DNA of 37,864 nt from a virus (IMGVR_UViG_3300017700_000558:1-37864); one strand, 5' to 3'; counted from the first letter of the stretch, positions 27,458 to 35,321 are shown. Notes: generated from the letters alone by a model not told the origin. Made by a program: numbers and translations.

Positions 27458-27627
27458 CCCATATAGCTGCTCAGATACCCCAAATAGCAGATCGGCGGGG
27501 TAGAATGGGGGCAAGAGAATGCCCCGCACTGCGTAAACAGCCGAGGCGTGACCGGAACCGAGTTGAAGGAATTCCAGTAATGACAAGTGTACCCGATACC
27601 ACCGCACAGACGGTAGGTGATCGATGA
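27454..27627 (+). CDS. Possible 57-aa hypothetical protein
   Basis: Open frame with ATGA overlaps at both ends. Could instead be a regulatory leader of rep. Confidence 0.35.
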   Translation: MTHIAAQIPQIADRRGRMGARECPALRKQPRRDRNRVEGIPVMTSVPDTTAQTVGDR

Positions 27628-28427
27628 TGGCTAGACCGAAGTCAAACGGCCCATACGCTCCACTATCAGCCACCTACTATTACGACGACGCAATCCTTGA
27701 GGCCGGCGAGAAGGCTGAGATCCTTTTTGTCCGCACCTTGGCGTTCCTCTCTTCTGCCGCATCTGACGGTTATGTGACCGAACGGCAGCTCGTCAAAGTA
27801 ATCGGTGCAGGGCTCACAAGAGTGCCTGACCGTGTACGTGCGCTGTGTTCTGTTGGTCTAATTTCTGCAACGCCCGGTGGTTATGTTGTCAGAAGTTGGT
27901 CAAAGTGGAACAAAACGACAGAGGAAATAGGAAAGTACCTCAAACGGGATCGTGAGCGTAAGGCCAATGTTTCTGCGGCAAAACAGGATAATTCCGCGCG
28001 GAATCCAGAAGGAATCCGTGCGGATTCCGCGACCCAAATAACAACAAGTAACAACAAGTCAATACAAATCAAAGACGTGACGCTTACGCGCCCCGACGTT
28101 TCCCGGCTCTGCACCATCCTCGCTGACCTCATTGAGAGCAACGGCTCGAAGCGTCCCGAGGTCGGTAAGGCATGGCTCGATGCTGCGCGCCTGATGCTCG
28201 ACACCGACAACCGCCCTCTCAACGAAGCACTCTCGCTTATCCAGTGGTCACAGGCTGACCCGTTCTGGCGAGCCAACATCCTCTCGATGGCTAAGTTCCG
28301 CAGCAAGTACGACACGTTGCGGTTGCAGCGCGAGAACCCCTCCCACAAGAAGACGACCCGCACCGAAGAGAACCTCTCAGTCGTTGCCCTCTATGCCGCT
28401 CAGGAGCAGACAGGAATTCAAGCATGA
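27627..28427 (+). CDS. Replication initiator (RepA/lambda O-like)
   Basis: N-terminal Y.DD..LE.G..A..L...L domain, RDRERK linker, C-terminal W...D.FW..NILSM.KFR.KYD.L.LQ. Confidence 0.8.
   Translation: MARPKSNGPYAPLSATYYYDDAILEAGEKAEILFVRTLAFLSSAASDGYVTERQLVKVIGAGLTRVPDRVRALCSVGLISATPGGYVVRSWSKWNKTTEEIGKYLKRDRERKANVSAAKQDNSARNPEGIRADSATQITTSNNKSIQIKDVTLTRPDVSRLCTILADLIESNGSKRPEVGKAWLDAARLMLDTDNRPLNEALSLIQWSQADPFWRANILSMAKFRSKYDTLRLQRENPSHKKTTRTEENLSVVALYAAQEQTGIQA
27991..28074 (+). other. Putative replication origin inside the initiator gene
   Basis: Palindromic GGAAT/ATTCC iterons at 27991-28004 and 28011-28028, followed by an A-rich tract with TAACAACAAG twice. Confidence 0.6.
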
Positions 28428-28825
28428 ACAAGAAAGAGATCGCCCAGCTACTGACCATCGCTTCGGGGTTCGACCGCAGGCAGGTGGATGCGGTGACGGT
28501 CGAGTCGTGGCATCTGATCCCCGCTATCCGTGATGCGGACTATGAGGATGCGCTGGCGGCACTCCTAGCGCACGTTGCAACGCAGACCAAGGAATACTTC
28601 ACCGTCGCCCATGTTGTCGCGCACACGCAGATTTCAAGCCGGCAGACGAAGGAACTTATTGCAGCCGATGTGCGGTCGGCTCGAGCTCGTGGTCTGATCC
28701 CTCTCGATTGGGAGGACACGGAACCTGTCTCTGACGAGATCAGAAACCGTCTCGCGCAGCTCCGTGATCATGACCGCCAGGTTGCACGCGAGATTGAGGC
28801 TGCGGAGGACGGTGAGGCAGCGTGA
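28424..28825 (+). CDS. Helicase loader/inhibitor-like protein
   Basis: E...LL..AS.FD.R.......W....L....Y.DA..A pattern, directly after the initiator. Confidence 0.6.
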   Translation: MNKKEIAQLLTIASGFDRRQVDAVTVESWHLIPAIRDADYEDALAALLAHVATQTKEYFTVAHVVAHTQISSRQTKELIAADVRSARARGLIPLDWEDTEPVSDEIRNRLAQLRDHDRQVAREIEAAEDGEAA

Positions 28826-28932
28826 CCGTTGATCGTGCGTTGAAGATTGCGTTGGCCGTGTTGGATGCGAACCCGTTGTTGGTTGAGCGGTGGGAGAACT
28901 TGCGTACACCGGATGGGGGGCGAGTGAAGTGA
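28822..28932 (+). CDS. Possible 36-aa hypothetical protein
   Basis: GTGA overlaps on both sides and GAGG upstream. Confidence 0.4.
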   Translation: MTVDRALKIALAVLDANPLLVERWENLRTPDGGRVK

Positions 28933-29213
28933 GCTCGTGGGAGTTGGAGAACCGTCGTAAACAGAATTTGGAGTCTTTTCGGATGATGTCTGAGGTGTGG
29001 CCTGAACCCGTAGCAAAGAAGACGCGTCAACGTTCGGTGCCAGCTGAGGTTGTCATTGAGAATGCCGAATGGCTCCTAGCGAATGGGGCGATGGCGTGGG
29101 AGGTTGCGGCGACGTTGAACCGTTCCCAAGCAGCCCTGGCGCGGTGGATGTACCGGCATGGGCGTTCTGATTTGGCGCAACGTTTGGACCCTGAACGGAT
29201 GGCAGCAGCATGA
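28929..29213 (+). CDS. Hypothetical HTH-like protein
   Basis: EWLL..G....VA..L......LAR...R.GR.DLA pattern. Confidence 0.55.
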   Translation: MSSWELENRRKQNLESFRMMSEVWPEPVAKKTRQRSVPAEVVIENAEWLLANGAMAWEVAATLNRSQAALARWMYRHGRSDLAQRLDPERMAAA

Positions 29214-29242
29214 CTTTTATCAACGAAGCGGAGGAGAAATAA

Positions 29243-29452
29243 ATGACGAAGTACCGAGTGCATCTGGTGGCAATAGCAGAAACAAGCGTGGTAGTCGAAG
29301 CAGATGGTATTGATCAAGCTGTCGAGGATGCGCTCAATAACGCTCCCGCTGGAATCAACATCAGCAACCAATTCGATATGGGGAGCTGGCAGTTAGCTAG
29401 CGATACATGGCCCGGCTCGAAGCTAGAGGACGATGTTGAGGTGGTCGGCTGA
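29243..29452 (+). CDS. Hypothetical protein
   Basis: GGAGGA RBS. KYRV.L......V.VEA......A pattern. Confidence 0.65.
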   Translation: MTKYRVHLVAIAETSVVVEADGIDQAVEDALNNAPAGINISNQFDMGSWQLASDTWPGSKLEDDVEVVG

Positions 29453-29874
29453 TGGGTAAGGCAGCAATTGCGGTGGAGGGTTTCGTTTCTAACGAGCCGA
29501 AGACGCGGACGGCAGGAAGTCACACGGTCATCGATATCACGGTGCCAGTCACCCCACAACGGAAGGTGGATGGGAAGTGGGAGGACACAGGCGACACCGT
29601 TTGGTACAAGGCATCGTTCTGGGATGAGCATGTTCCTGCGATTCTGACAACCATCGACAAGGGGTCACTGGTGACGGTCACTGGTGATGGGATCAAAACG
29701 CAAACCTACGAAAAAGACGGTTCAACCAAAGTGTCGGTGGAGATCACGAACCCGCAGCTCGCGTTGGTGATTCGTAGGCCGAAGAAGGGTTCGCCGGCTG
29801 AGGAACCGTGGGCATCTTCTGTGCCTGGTCCTGTGGTGGATAGCTGGGTGAACGATTCGGAGACCCCCTTTTGA
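29452..29874 (+). CDS. ssb: Single-stranded DNA-binding protein
   Basis: OB-fold motifs (G.WED...T.W...SFW, KGS.V.V.G) and acidic ETPF C-terminus. Confidence 0.9.
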   Translation: MGKAAIAVEGFVSNEPKTRTAGSHTVIDITVPVTPQRKVDGKWEDTGDTVWYKASFWDEHVPAILTTIDKGSLVTVTGDGIKTQTYEKDGSTKVSVEITNPQLALVIRRPKKGSPAEEPWASSVPGPVVDSWVNDSETPF

Positions 29875-30380
29875 AGCACATCACCAAAGCCAGCGAAGAC
29901 GAGATTTCGCAGGTTATAGCGCTAGCTAAGAACGCGCTCATGGATGACGACTGGGGTGTGGATAGGGGGGATATTGCGGCGGCTCAGGCTCTCCGTGCCG
30001 CGTTCGACTTCTCGCCCTCGCAGCCCACCGAGGGAGTAGCGGAACTGATCGCGGAGGCTAAGAACTACGAGGGGGATAACGGTACAGCTCGTTGGCCGTC
30101 GCTTATCCGCGAGCTTGCCGCCCCTGTCCCACCTCCCACCCAATTACCGTCAGGTAATACCCCATCCCCTGATTACCGTCCGGTAATAGCACCAGACCAA
30201 CTACGCGAACAGAGCATCTTGCGTGACCGCCTTGATGAAGAACTGAGCCTTGGTGTTGATGCGGGGAGCTTGGAAATTATGGTGCAGGACTGGCTGCGAG
30301 AAGTGTTGCCAGAAAGAATCCTGACGCAGTTGTCTCACGCTGAGCGTGTAGAGCTTCTGGGGGTGCGTTTCGATGACTGA
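29871..30380 (+). CDS. Hypothetical protein (mosaic)
   Basis: Coupled ORF containing an internal 19-nt copy of the next gene's start. Confidence 0.55.
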   Translation: MKHITKASEDEISQVIALAKNALMDDDWGVDRGDIAAAQALRAAFDFSPSQPTEGVAELIAEAKNYEGDNGTARWPSLIRELAAPVPPPTQLPSGNTPSPDYRPVIAPDQLREQSILRDRLDEELSLGVDAGSLEIMVQDWLREVLPERILTQLSHAERVELLGVRFDD

Positions 30381-30675
30381 CCAACTACGCGAACAGAAAA
30401 CAAGCGCTGACATTCGAGGTTCGTACCTACGCCTTTGGGCACCATCAGGCGACCCCGAGAAGGTCGCTAAGTACGGTGCGGAGTTCGACCGCTGGTTGTC
30501 TGCTGCGATCACCGAAGCCAAAGCCGAGGGCAAGCGCGAAGGGTGGGATGAAGGCGCAAGTTCCCGCCAATGCCATTGCGCCGCATGGAACGAAGGCGAG
30601 TGTTCTTGCGGCATGTGGCCGAGCGAATCCAACCCGTACCGCACCCCGAAGGGAACGAACAATGACAACCGATAA
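30373..30675 (+). CDS. Hypothetical protein (FDRWL...GWDEG...NPYR type)
   Basis: Motifs common in small actinophage genes. Confidence 0.6.
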   Translation: MTDQLREQKTSADIRGSYLRLWAPSGDPEKVAKYGAEFDRWLSAAITEAKAEGKREGWDEGASSRQCHCAAWNEGECSCGMWPSESNPYRTPKGTNNDNR

Positions 30676-30895
30676 GTACACGCCGACCGACGAAGACATC
30701 CGAGAGTGCTGGGAAGAGGCATGGCAAACAGGTGACCGATCAGAGCAATTCACCCGCTGGCTTGCCGCTCACGATGCCGAAGCCAAAGCCGAGGCTCTAG
30801 AAGAAGCCGCAACAAATCTCAGTAACCGTTATGGCGACCGCGAGTTCATATTCGCCCGTGCCGCCGAGTACCGCACCCCGAAGGAGACACCATGA
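30662..30895 (+). CDS. Hypothetical protein, partial paralogue of 30373..30675
   Basis: YTPT.E.IR...F.RWLAAHDAEAKAEALEEAA. AAGGGA RBS. Confidence 0.65.
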   Translation: MTTDKYTPTDEDIRECWEEAWQTGDRSEQFTRWLAAHDAEAKAEALEEAATNLSNRYGDREFIFARAAEYRTPKETP

Positions 30896-31128
30896 CTAGG
30901 GATGAAGCCATTCATGCGCTTATCGAAATCGCTAAAGAATCGGTGGCTACGGTCGATGGGGAGTGGGGTTGCGGCCACAACTATAACGAGGCACTGACGT
31001 TGGTGACTGAGGCAGAACCCGAATTAGGGGTTCGCTCACAACGGATCACTGACTGCTACATGCACGACGAGGCTGTCCGTATCGCAGCGCTAATCGCAGC
31101 ACTAACCCCGAAGGAGACAGAGAAATGA
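30892..31128 (+). CDS. Hypothetical protein
   Basis: AAGGAG RBS and ATGA coupling. Confidence 0.6.
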   Translation: MTRDEAIHALIEIAKESVATVDGEWGCGHNYNEALTLVTEAEPELGVRSQRITDCYMHDEAVRIAALIAALTPKETEK

Positions 31129-31295
31129 TTACGAAACTGCGTTGGATCATCGTTGAGGCGTGGCTGCGGTCAATAAACAAATGGGCAAATGACCGGATTC
31201 GTTCGGGCGACCTCGACTTTGACGACACCATCTACAAATCGAAGGATGCTAGTGGTGTTCTGCTTGGCATCTGGTTCACGGAGGGAAAGCCATGA
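31125..31295 (+). CDS. Hypothetical 56-aa protein (not in ORF track)
   Basis: AAGGAG RBS. Hand-translated MITKLRWIIVEAWLRS...TEGKP, ATGA overlaps. Confidence 0.55.
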   Translation: MITKLRWIIVEAWLRSINKWANDRIRSGDLDFDDTIYKSKDASGVLLGIWFTEGKP

Positions 31296-31390
31296 ACGAC
31301 TTCGAGCGACTCCATTACGCACTTTTGCGTCTGTTCGTAATCGCTATATACAAACCGTTGAAATCAATCCTGAAACGAGGCACCCAATGA
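31292..31390 (+). CDS. Hypothetical 32-aa peptide (not in ORF track)
   Basis: GGAGGG RBS and ATGA overlaps at both ends. Confidence 0.45.
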   Translation: MNDFERLHYALLRLFVIAIYKPLKSILKRGTQ

Positions 31391-31647
31391 AAACGCACGA
31401 AGAGCTGAAAGCAATTTTTGACGCTGCCGAAGAAACCGCAGCGGTCGAAGATGGCACCCTTGGGCGTCTCGCTGTCTTCGAGGCTGGTCTCCGTGAGGGA
31501 GCAACGGGGATGCAAAACCGGGCAGCCATGATTGCAGACGGCTTAGCTGAACGCGCAGGGGCAGCATCGACTCGTGCCCGAGCCGCGACGGTCATCGCCG
31601 CCGCCATCCGTGCTCTCCCTACCGAGACAGGGACACCCAATGCCTGA
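31387..31647 (+). CDS. Hypothetical protein
   Basis: GAGG RBS. Ala-rich, ending IAAAIRAL. Confidence 0.55.
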   Translation: MKTHEELKAIFDAAEETAAVEDGTLGRLAVFEAGLREGATGMQNRAAMIADGLAERAGAASTRARAATVIAAAIRALPTETGTPNA

Positions 31648-31777
31648 GCTGGTGTTTGTTGCTGCGTTGATGGGTGTATCCCTGGCGGCAGGAATCGGTA
31701 TCGGTGTGAAACTGGCGGGTCGTCGGGTTGTGGTTGTTGAGGTTCCAGCACCGTACACACGAAAGGTAGGGAGATGA
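31640..31777 (+). CDS. Small single-TM protein
   Basis: Hydrophobic N-terminus and coupling to neighbours. Confidence 0.5.
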   Translation: MPELVFVAALMGVSLAAGIGIGVKLAGRRVVVVEVPAPYTRKVGR

Positions 31778-31935
31778 TGGGCGGTCACGGTTCTACGAAT
31801 CCATCAAGAGGGAACGTTGACACCTTGCCGATGCGGCATTGCGGTCGCTGCAAGAACCCGTATATGTCTAACCCTGCCTGCGAATGCGGGTGCCACACCC
31901 TCCCCGCGTCTACCCCGAGTAAGGACGAACAATGA
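31774..31935 (+). CDS. Small Cys-rich peptide (CGRC...CECGCH, not in ORF track)
   Basis: Hand-translated, GAAAGG RBS, ATGA overlaps. Confidence 0.5.
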   Translation: MMGGHGSTNPSRGNVDTLPMRHCGRCKNPYMSNPACECGCHTLPASTPSKDEQ

Positions 31936-32618
31936 AAGACGCTGAACTCACTCTCGATCACGAAGAGGGCATGGTCGGTTATCTGACGACAACCGAGTTC
32001 GACAAGTTCACACGTGCTATCGACAATGCGAGAACACACATTGGTTGGTGGAGAATCGCCGGCCACCTTCGCGCTCGTGACGCTGACGAGCTGCAAACCC
32101 GTTCATCTGACCCGATGATCCCGCTCCCTGGGACTTGGTTGGCGGCAGAAGAGATCAGCAATCTTCTGCAAGAGATCAACCAGTGGCCGACGCTCGAGGA
32201 TGTCGCAGCGAACGGTTACGAGTTCGCCCTGCTCATCACTCGGGAGGTTGAGGCGGCGATGGCTAAGTGGCCGATGTCGGATCGCCCTCACAAGGTGAAG
32301 TTTCTGCGGTGCCGTGCTTGCCAGTTGGTGACGTTGAAGTATTACCCACCGAAGCTCACTAGCCCGACCCACAGGGATGCGATGCCTGTAGAGGTTTACG
32401 ACCGCACCCGCCCGACAGGTGGAACGACTGTCACCGATGTTATCGATGTGACCGTGAAATGTACGAACTGCCACAAGGTCGAGGACTCGGCCAACTTCTC
32501 GATCGACGCAGCACTTATTCATCAGGAGAACGAAATTGCAAAGCAGCGAGTGGGTAACAGTAAACGACGCACCGGAGCGAGTGAACCGACACCGGAAGAC
32601 GATCTACGAGTGGGTTAG
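31932..32618 (+). CDS. Hypothetical protein with CxxC...CxxC zinc ribbon (candidate late regulator)
   Basis: CRAC and CTNC motifs. Last large gene before the putative late promoter. Confidence 0.6.
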   Translation: MKDAELTLDHEEGMVGYLTTTEFDKFTRAIDNARTHIGWWRIAGHLRARDADELQTRSSDPMIPLPGTWLAAEEISNLLQEINQWPTLEDVAANGYEFALLITREVEAAMAKWPMSDRPHKVKFLRCRACQLVTLKYYPPKLTSPTHRDAMPVEVYDRTRPTGGTTVTDVIDVTVKCTNCHKVEDSANFSIDAALIHQENEIAKQRVGNSKRRTGASEPTPEDDLRVG

Positions 32619-32727
32619 GGCGGGGAGGGTGAGAACGATGCGACCGGGGAGGGTGTTGTGGGTGTATCTGCCTGACCTGTTGCGCGTTGAGCGGGAAACT
32701 ACGACGCGCGGTATCCGCAATACTTGA
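32536..32727 (+). CDS. Small HTH DNA-binding protein
   Basis: W.TV..A...V.R...TIY.WVR.GRV pattern, AGGAG upstream of TTG. Confidence 0.7.
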   Translation: MQSSEWVTVNDAPERVNRHRKTIYEWVRAGRVRTMRPGRVLWVYLPDLLRVERETTTRGIRNT

Positions 32728-32751
32728 CAACAGCGTTACAACCGTTAATCT
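32724..32751 (+). promoter_or_regulatory. SigA-like promoter TTGACA-N16-TAATCT (putative late promoter)
   Basis: Perfect -35 and a TANNNT -10 in an AT-rich intergenic patch. Confidence 0.65.
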
Positions 32752-32800
32752 TTATGTAGAGGTTGGAGCTTCGCGCCCCAGCAGCACAGACCAACAGTTA

Positions 32801-32830
32801 GCCCCGCCAAGTTGCGGGGCGTTTCTGTTT
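32801..32830 (+). terminator. Intrinsic terminator about 45 nt after the putative start site
   Basis: gccccgc/gcggggc stem followed by GTTTCTGTTT. Confidence 0.7.
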
Positions 32831-32985
32831 AAACTTCCGGTGCTCGCCTAGTCCCCCCGAGGATCAGCACAAACGATTCCCCTCGGGCATCGACTGGCAC
32901 AGGCTCCCATGAAACAGTGAGCGGGTCGTCTTACAGAGCGCTAGCCAGTCACCCCATCCGTTCATGACAGAGAAGGGTTAGCTCG

Positions 32986-33204
32986 ATGATCACTCTCGCT
33001 CACAAGCTGGCCTATTACGCCCGCCTAGCCGAGACTGCACCAGAACGGCGCGCTGCTCGACGCAGGGGCGAGATAGTTACCCCTCTCACGCTCGAAGAGT
33101 GGGCGCTAGTTACAGCGCCAGCAGATCGAAAGATCCCCTCCCGTGCTGCATTCGCTCATGACAGAGCTCAGATGCGACGCGCACGAGCATCAGCTACCCG
33201 CTAA
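32986..33204 (+). CDS. Hypothetical basic protein
   Basis: AAGGG RBS, Arg/Ala-rich ORF. Confidence 0.45.
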   Translation: MITLAHKLAYYARLAETAPERRAARRRGEIVTPLTLEEWALVTAPADRKIPSRAAFAHDRAQMRRARASATR

Positions 33205-33370
33205 ACGTTTGTCGGTACCGTCGCGGAGATAAGTAGACCGACTGAGCAGTCTCACACGGTGGCCTGCCAGTGATATCGAATCAAAGCTGCTGTCCGGCCA
33301 GAGCGGGTGCGGTGTGGTGGATGCCGAAAACAACGGTTGATAATCTGCCCCACCCGTTTCTGTGCGGCAT

Positions 33371-33441
33371 TGGGAGTAAGTGTTACGGAAGCACGGCGGT
33401 CTCCAAAACCGTAGGCGCAGGTTCGACTCCTGCACACTCAG
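33371..33441 (+). tRNA. trnW: tRNA-Trp (CCA)
   Basis: Cloverleaf: D stem gtgt/gcac, anticodon stem gcggt/accgt with loop ct-CCA-aa, T arm gcagg-TTCGACT-cctgc, discriminator G. CCA end not encoded. Confidence 0.85.
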
Positions 33442-33542
33442 CAATTGATCATGTTGGGGCCGCTGGGCGGCCTTTCTATCCAGTCTGTGGAATAACCGTC
33501 AATAAGGGTTCTGACTGTTGACACTTCGAGGGAGAACAGACA

Positions 33543-33728
33543 ATGACAACCGAGAACACAGTTCGCGAAATTCTTACCAATGCTCTGGGGCGCATCCACG
33601 CGCACATCGCCATCAGCACAGACGACCGCGACGCAGCAGTAGCTCGACTAGCTGAAGCCGAAGAATCAATAGCGAACCTAACCGCACAAGCGGCAGAAGT
33701 TCAGGCTGCCCTCGACGCTGATGTCTGA
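33543..33728 (+). CDS. Small coiled-coil protein
   Basis: GAGGGAG RBS and heptad-like pattern. Confidence 0.6.
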   Translation: MTTENTVREILTNALGRIHAHIAISTDDRDAAVARLAEAEESIANLTAQAAEVQAALDADV

Positions 33729-33826
33729 CTTCTCTGTCGCTGACCACCTAGACGACCGCACCCAAGCGCAACTCTTGGAGTTAGCGAAACACGCCACGAT
33801 CGGCAGCCCTGACTCTGGTACCGGTG

Positions 33827-34072
33827 ATGTCGAAACTCAGTGACACGGTAACCGCACGCGAAATTCCCCGACCGGGAACAACATGTGCGGTGAAGCTGCT
33901 GCTCGCTAAGTCCTCGCCTGAGGATCGCGCCGAACTCGTCACCTACTTAGCCGACCGCACCTACTCTCCCGACTTCCTATCCGGTGTCCTCCGCGACATC
34001 GGAATCCATTTAGGTGGGTCGTCTATTGCCCGTCACCGTAGGGGGGCGTGTAAGTGTGAGCGCACTCAGTGA
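33827..34072 (+). CDS. Small HTH-like/Zn-binding protein (C...RHRRG.C.C)
   Basis: Motif recognisable as the usual upstream neighbour of phage metallophosphoesterases. Confidence 0.65.
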   Translation: MSKLSDTVTAREIPRPGTTCAVKLLLAKSSPEDRAELVTYLADRTYSPDFLSGVLRDIGIHLGGSSIARHRRGACKCERTQ

Positions 34073-35195
34073 CGCAGTAACCGCGAAAGCGGGTCAGCTT
34101 GCGGCTGGTGGCGAGTACGAACGCCACAACGAAGACGGTTCGATCGACTATTCGCGTTTCTCACAGCAACCGTGGGGTTTTGCCGACTACCGGGCATTCA
34201 TAGCGTCAACAGGTCAAGATCCTGATGCGGTGACGTTCACCTGGGGTTGGACCTCGAACCCTAACGGTGGGTTCTGGAACAAGCTGAACAATGTTCGCCC
34301 TGTTGCTGCTGGCACTGATCCGGTGTCGGTTGCTGACTTGTATGCGGCCATTGACTCATGGGTTCCGGAAAAGCCGCCATTCCGCAGTCAGCGGAACAGT
34401 GCAGATAACGGAACCTTTGTGGTGTGTGCTGCTGACTTGCAGACCGGCAAAACCGACTTCGGCCTCAAATCAGCCGACTTAGCTAACCGTGTCCTCGCAT
34501 CCTTTGCTAAAGCAGCAGACATCGCAAGGCAAACACGTTTCGCTGAGATAGTGCTCGCTGACCTTGGCGACATTGTTGAGAACATCAACTCGACCAGCTC
34601 GCAACGCGGAACCAACGACCTACCCATCACCGAGCAGCAACGGTTCGCTCGCCGGCTGATGCTTGAGGGCATCAAAATGTTGGCACCACTCACAGATTCT
34701 CTCGTGTATGTGTCGGTGCCTAGTAATCATGGGTCGGTGCGTATCGGCCCGAAGTCACCAGAGAATCACGTACTCGATGATTACGGTATCGAGATCGCTG
34801 AGCAGTTGCGTGATGTGTGCGCGGAGTCACCGAAACTTGCGAACGTGTCAGTGCGTATCCCTGCCGAATCGCTTGAGTCCCTGTCGTTCACAACATCAGG
34901 CACGACATTGGGGTTCGCTCACGGTCACCAGGCGCAAGGCGCTGATGGGCTTGGTAAATGGTGGCAGGGTCAATCGCATGGGCGTATGCCGCTCGCTGAC
35001 TGCGATATCGCGCTCTTTGGGCACTTCCACAGTCTCCGTGTTCAACAGTCCGGTGATGCACGCTGGCTCATGGTCAGCCCCGCAAGCGATAACGGGTCGA
35101 GCTGGTACACCAACAAGACCGGTGAACGCTCACTCGCCGGGATGTTGTCATTCGTCACTGCTGATGGTGGTTGGTCGGAGCTCAGAATTCTGTAA
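34056..35195 (+). CDS. Calcineurin-like metallophosphoesterase (Mre11-like)
   Basis: AD.Q.GK, GDIVE, SNHG, HGH and GHFH metal-binding motifs. Confidence 0.85.
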   Translation: MSALSDAVTAKAGQLAAGGEYERHNEDGSIDYSRFSQQPWGFADYRAFIASTGQDPDAVTFTWGWTSNPNGGFWNKLNNVRPVAAGTDPVSVADLYAAIDSWVPEKPPFRSQRNSADNGTFVVCAADLQTGKTDFGLKSADLANRVLASFAKAADIARQTRFAEIVLADLGDIVENINSTSSQRGTNDLPITEQQRFARRLMLEGIKMLAPLTDSLVYVSVPSNHGSVRIGPKSPENHVLDDYGIEIAEQLRDVCAESPKLANVSVRIPAESLESLSFTTSGTTLGFAHGHQAQGADGLGKWWQGQSHGRMPLADCDIALFGHFHSLRVQQSGDARWLMVSPASDNGSSWYTNKTGERSLAGMLSFVTADGGWSELRIL

Positions 35196-35231
35196 CAGCT
35201 AGGGTGTGATTCCCTCGAAAGTTGAGGGGAG

Positions 35232-35303
35232 GTGCCTACCATCGACCCCTATTACGTGCCAACTGATCCAATGGACGACCTCAACTGCGAGGCGTGCCAA
35301 TAG
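35232..35303 (+). CDS. 23-aa peptide MPTIDPYYVPTDPMDDLNCEACQ (not in ORF track)
   Basis: Hand-translated. Acidic, with a terminal CxxCQ. Purine-rich SD-like tract just upstream but with short spacing. Confidence 0.55.
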   Translation: MPTIDPYYVPTDPMDDLNCEACQ

Positions 35304-35321
35304 CTGACTGAGGGGGCAGGG

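Noticed and set aside
30636-31119. Repeats as a CRISPR array
   Set aside because: Repeats are 15-19 nt, spaced by whole genes of over 200 nt, contain RBSs, and no cas genes are present.
33371-33441. Stop-codon recoding via a suppressor tRNA
   Set aside because: The anticodon is CCA (Trp), and genes are intact under the standard code using all three stops.
33442-33535. Theta/HDV-like ribozyme after the tRNA
   Set aside because: I could not build the nested P1-P2-P3-P1.1 double pseudoknot by eye. An Infernal search would be decisive.
33721-33843. 40-aa ORF between the coiled-coil and Zn/HTH genes
   Set aside because: It fills the gap but has no clear RBS or motif. Too weak to list as a feature.
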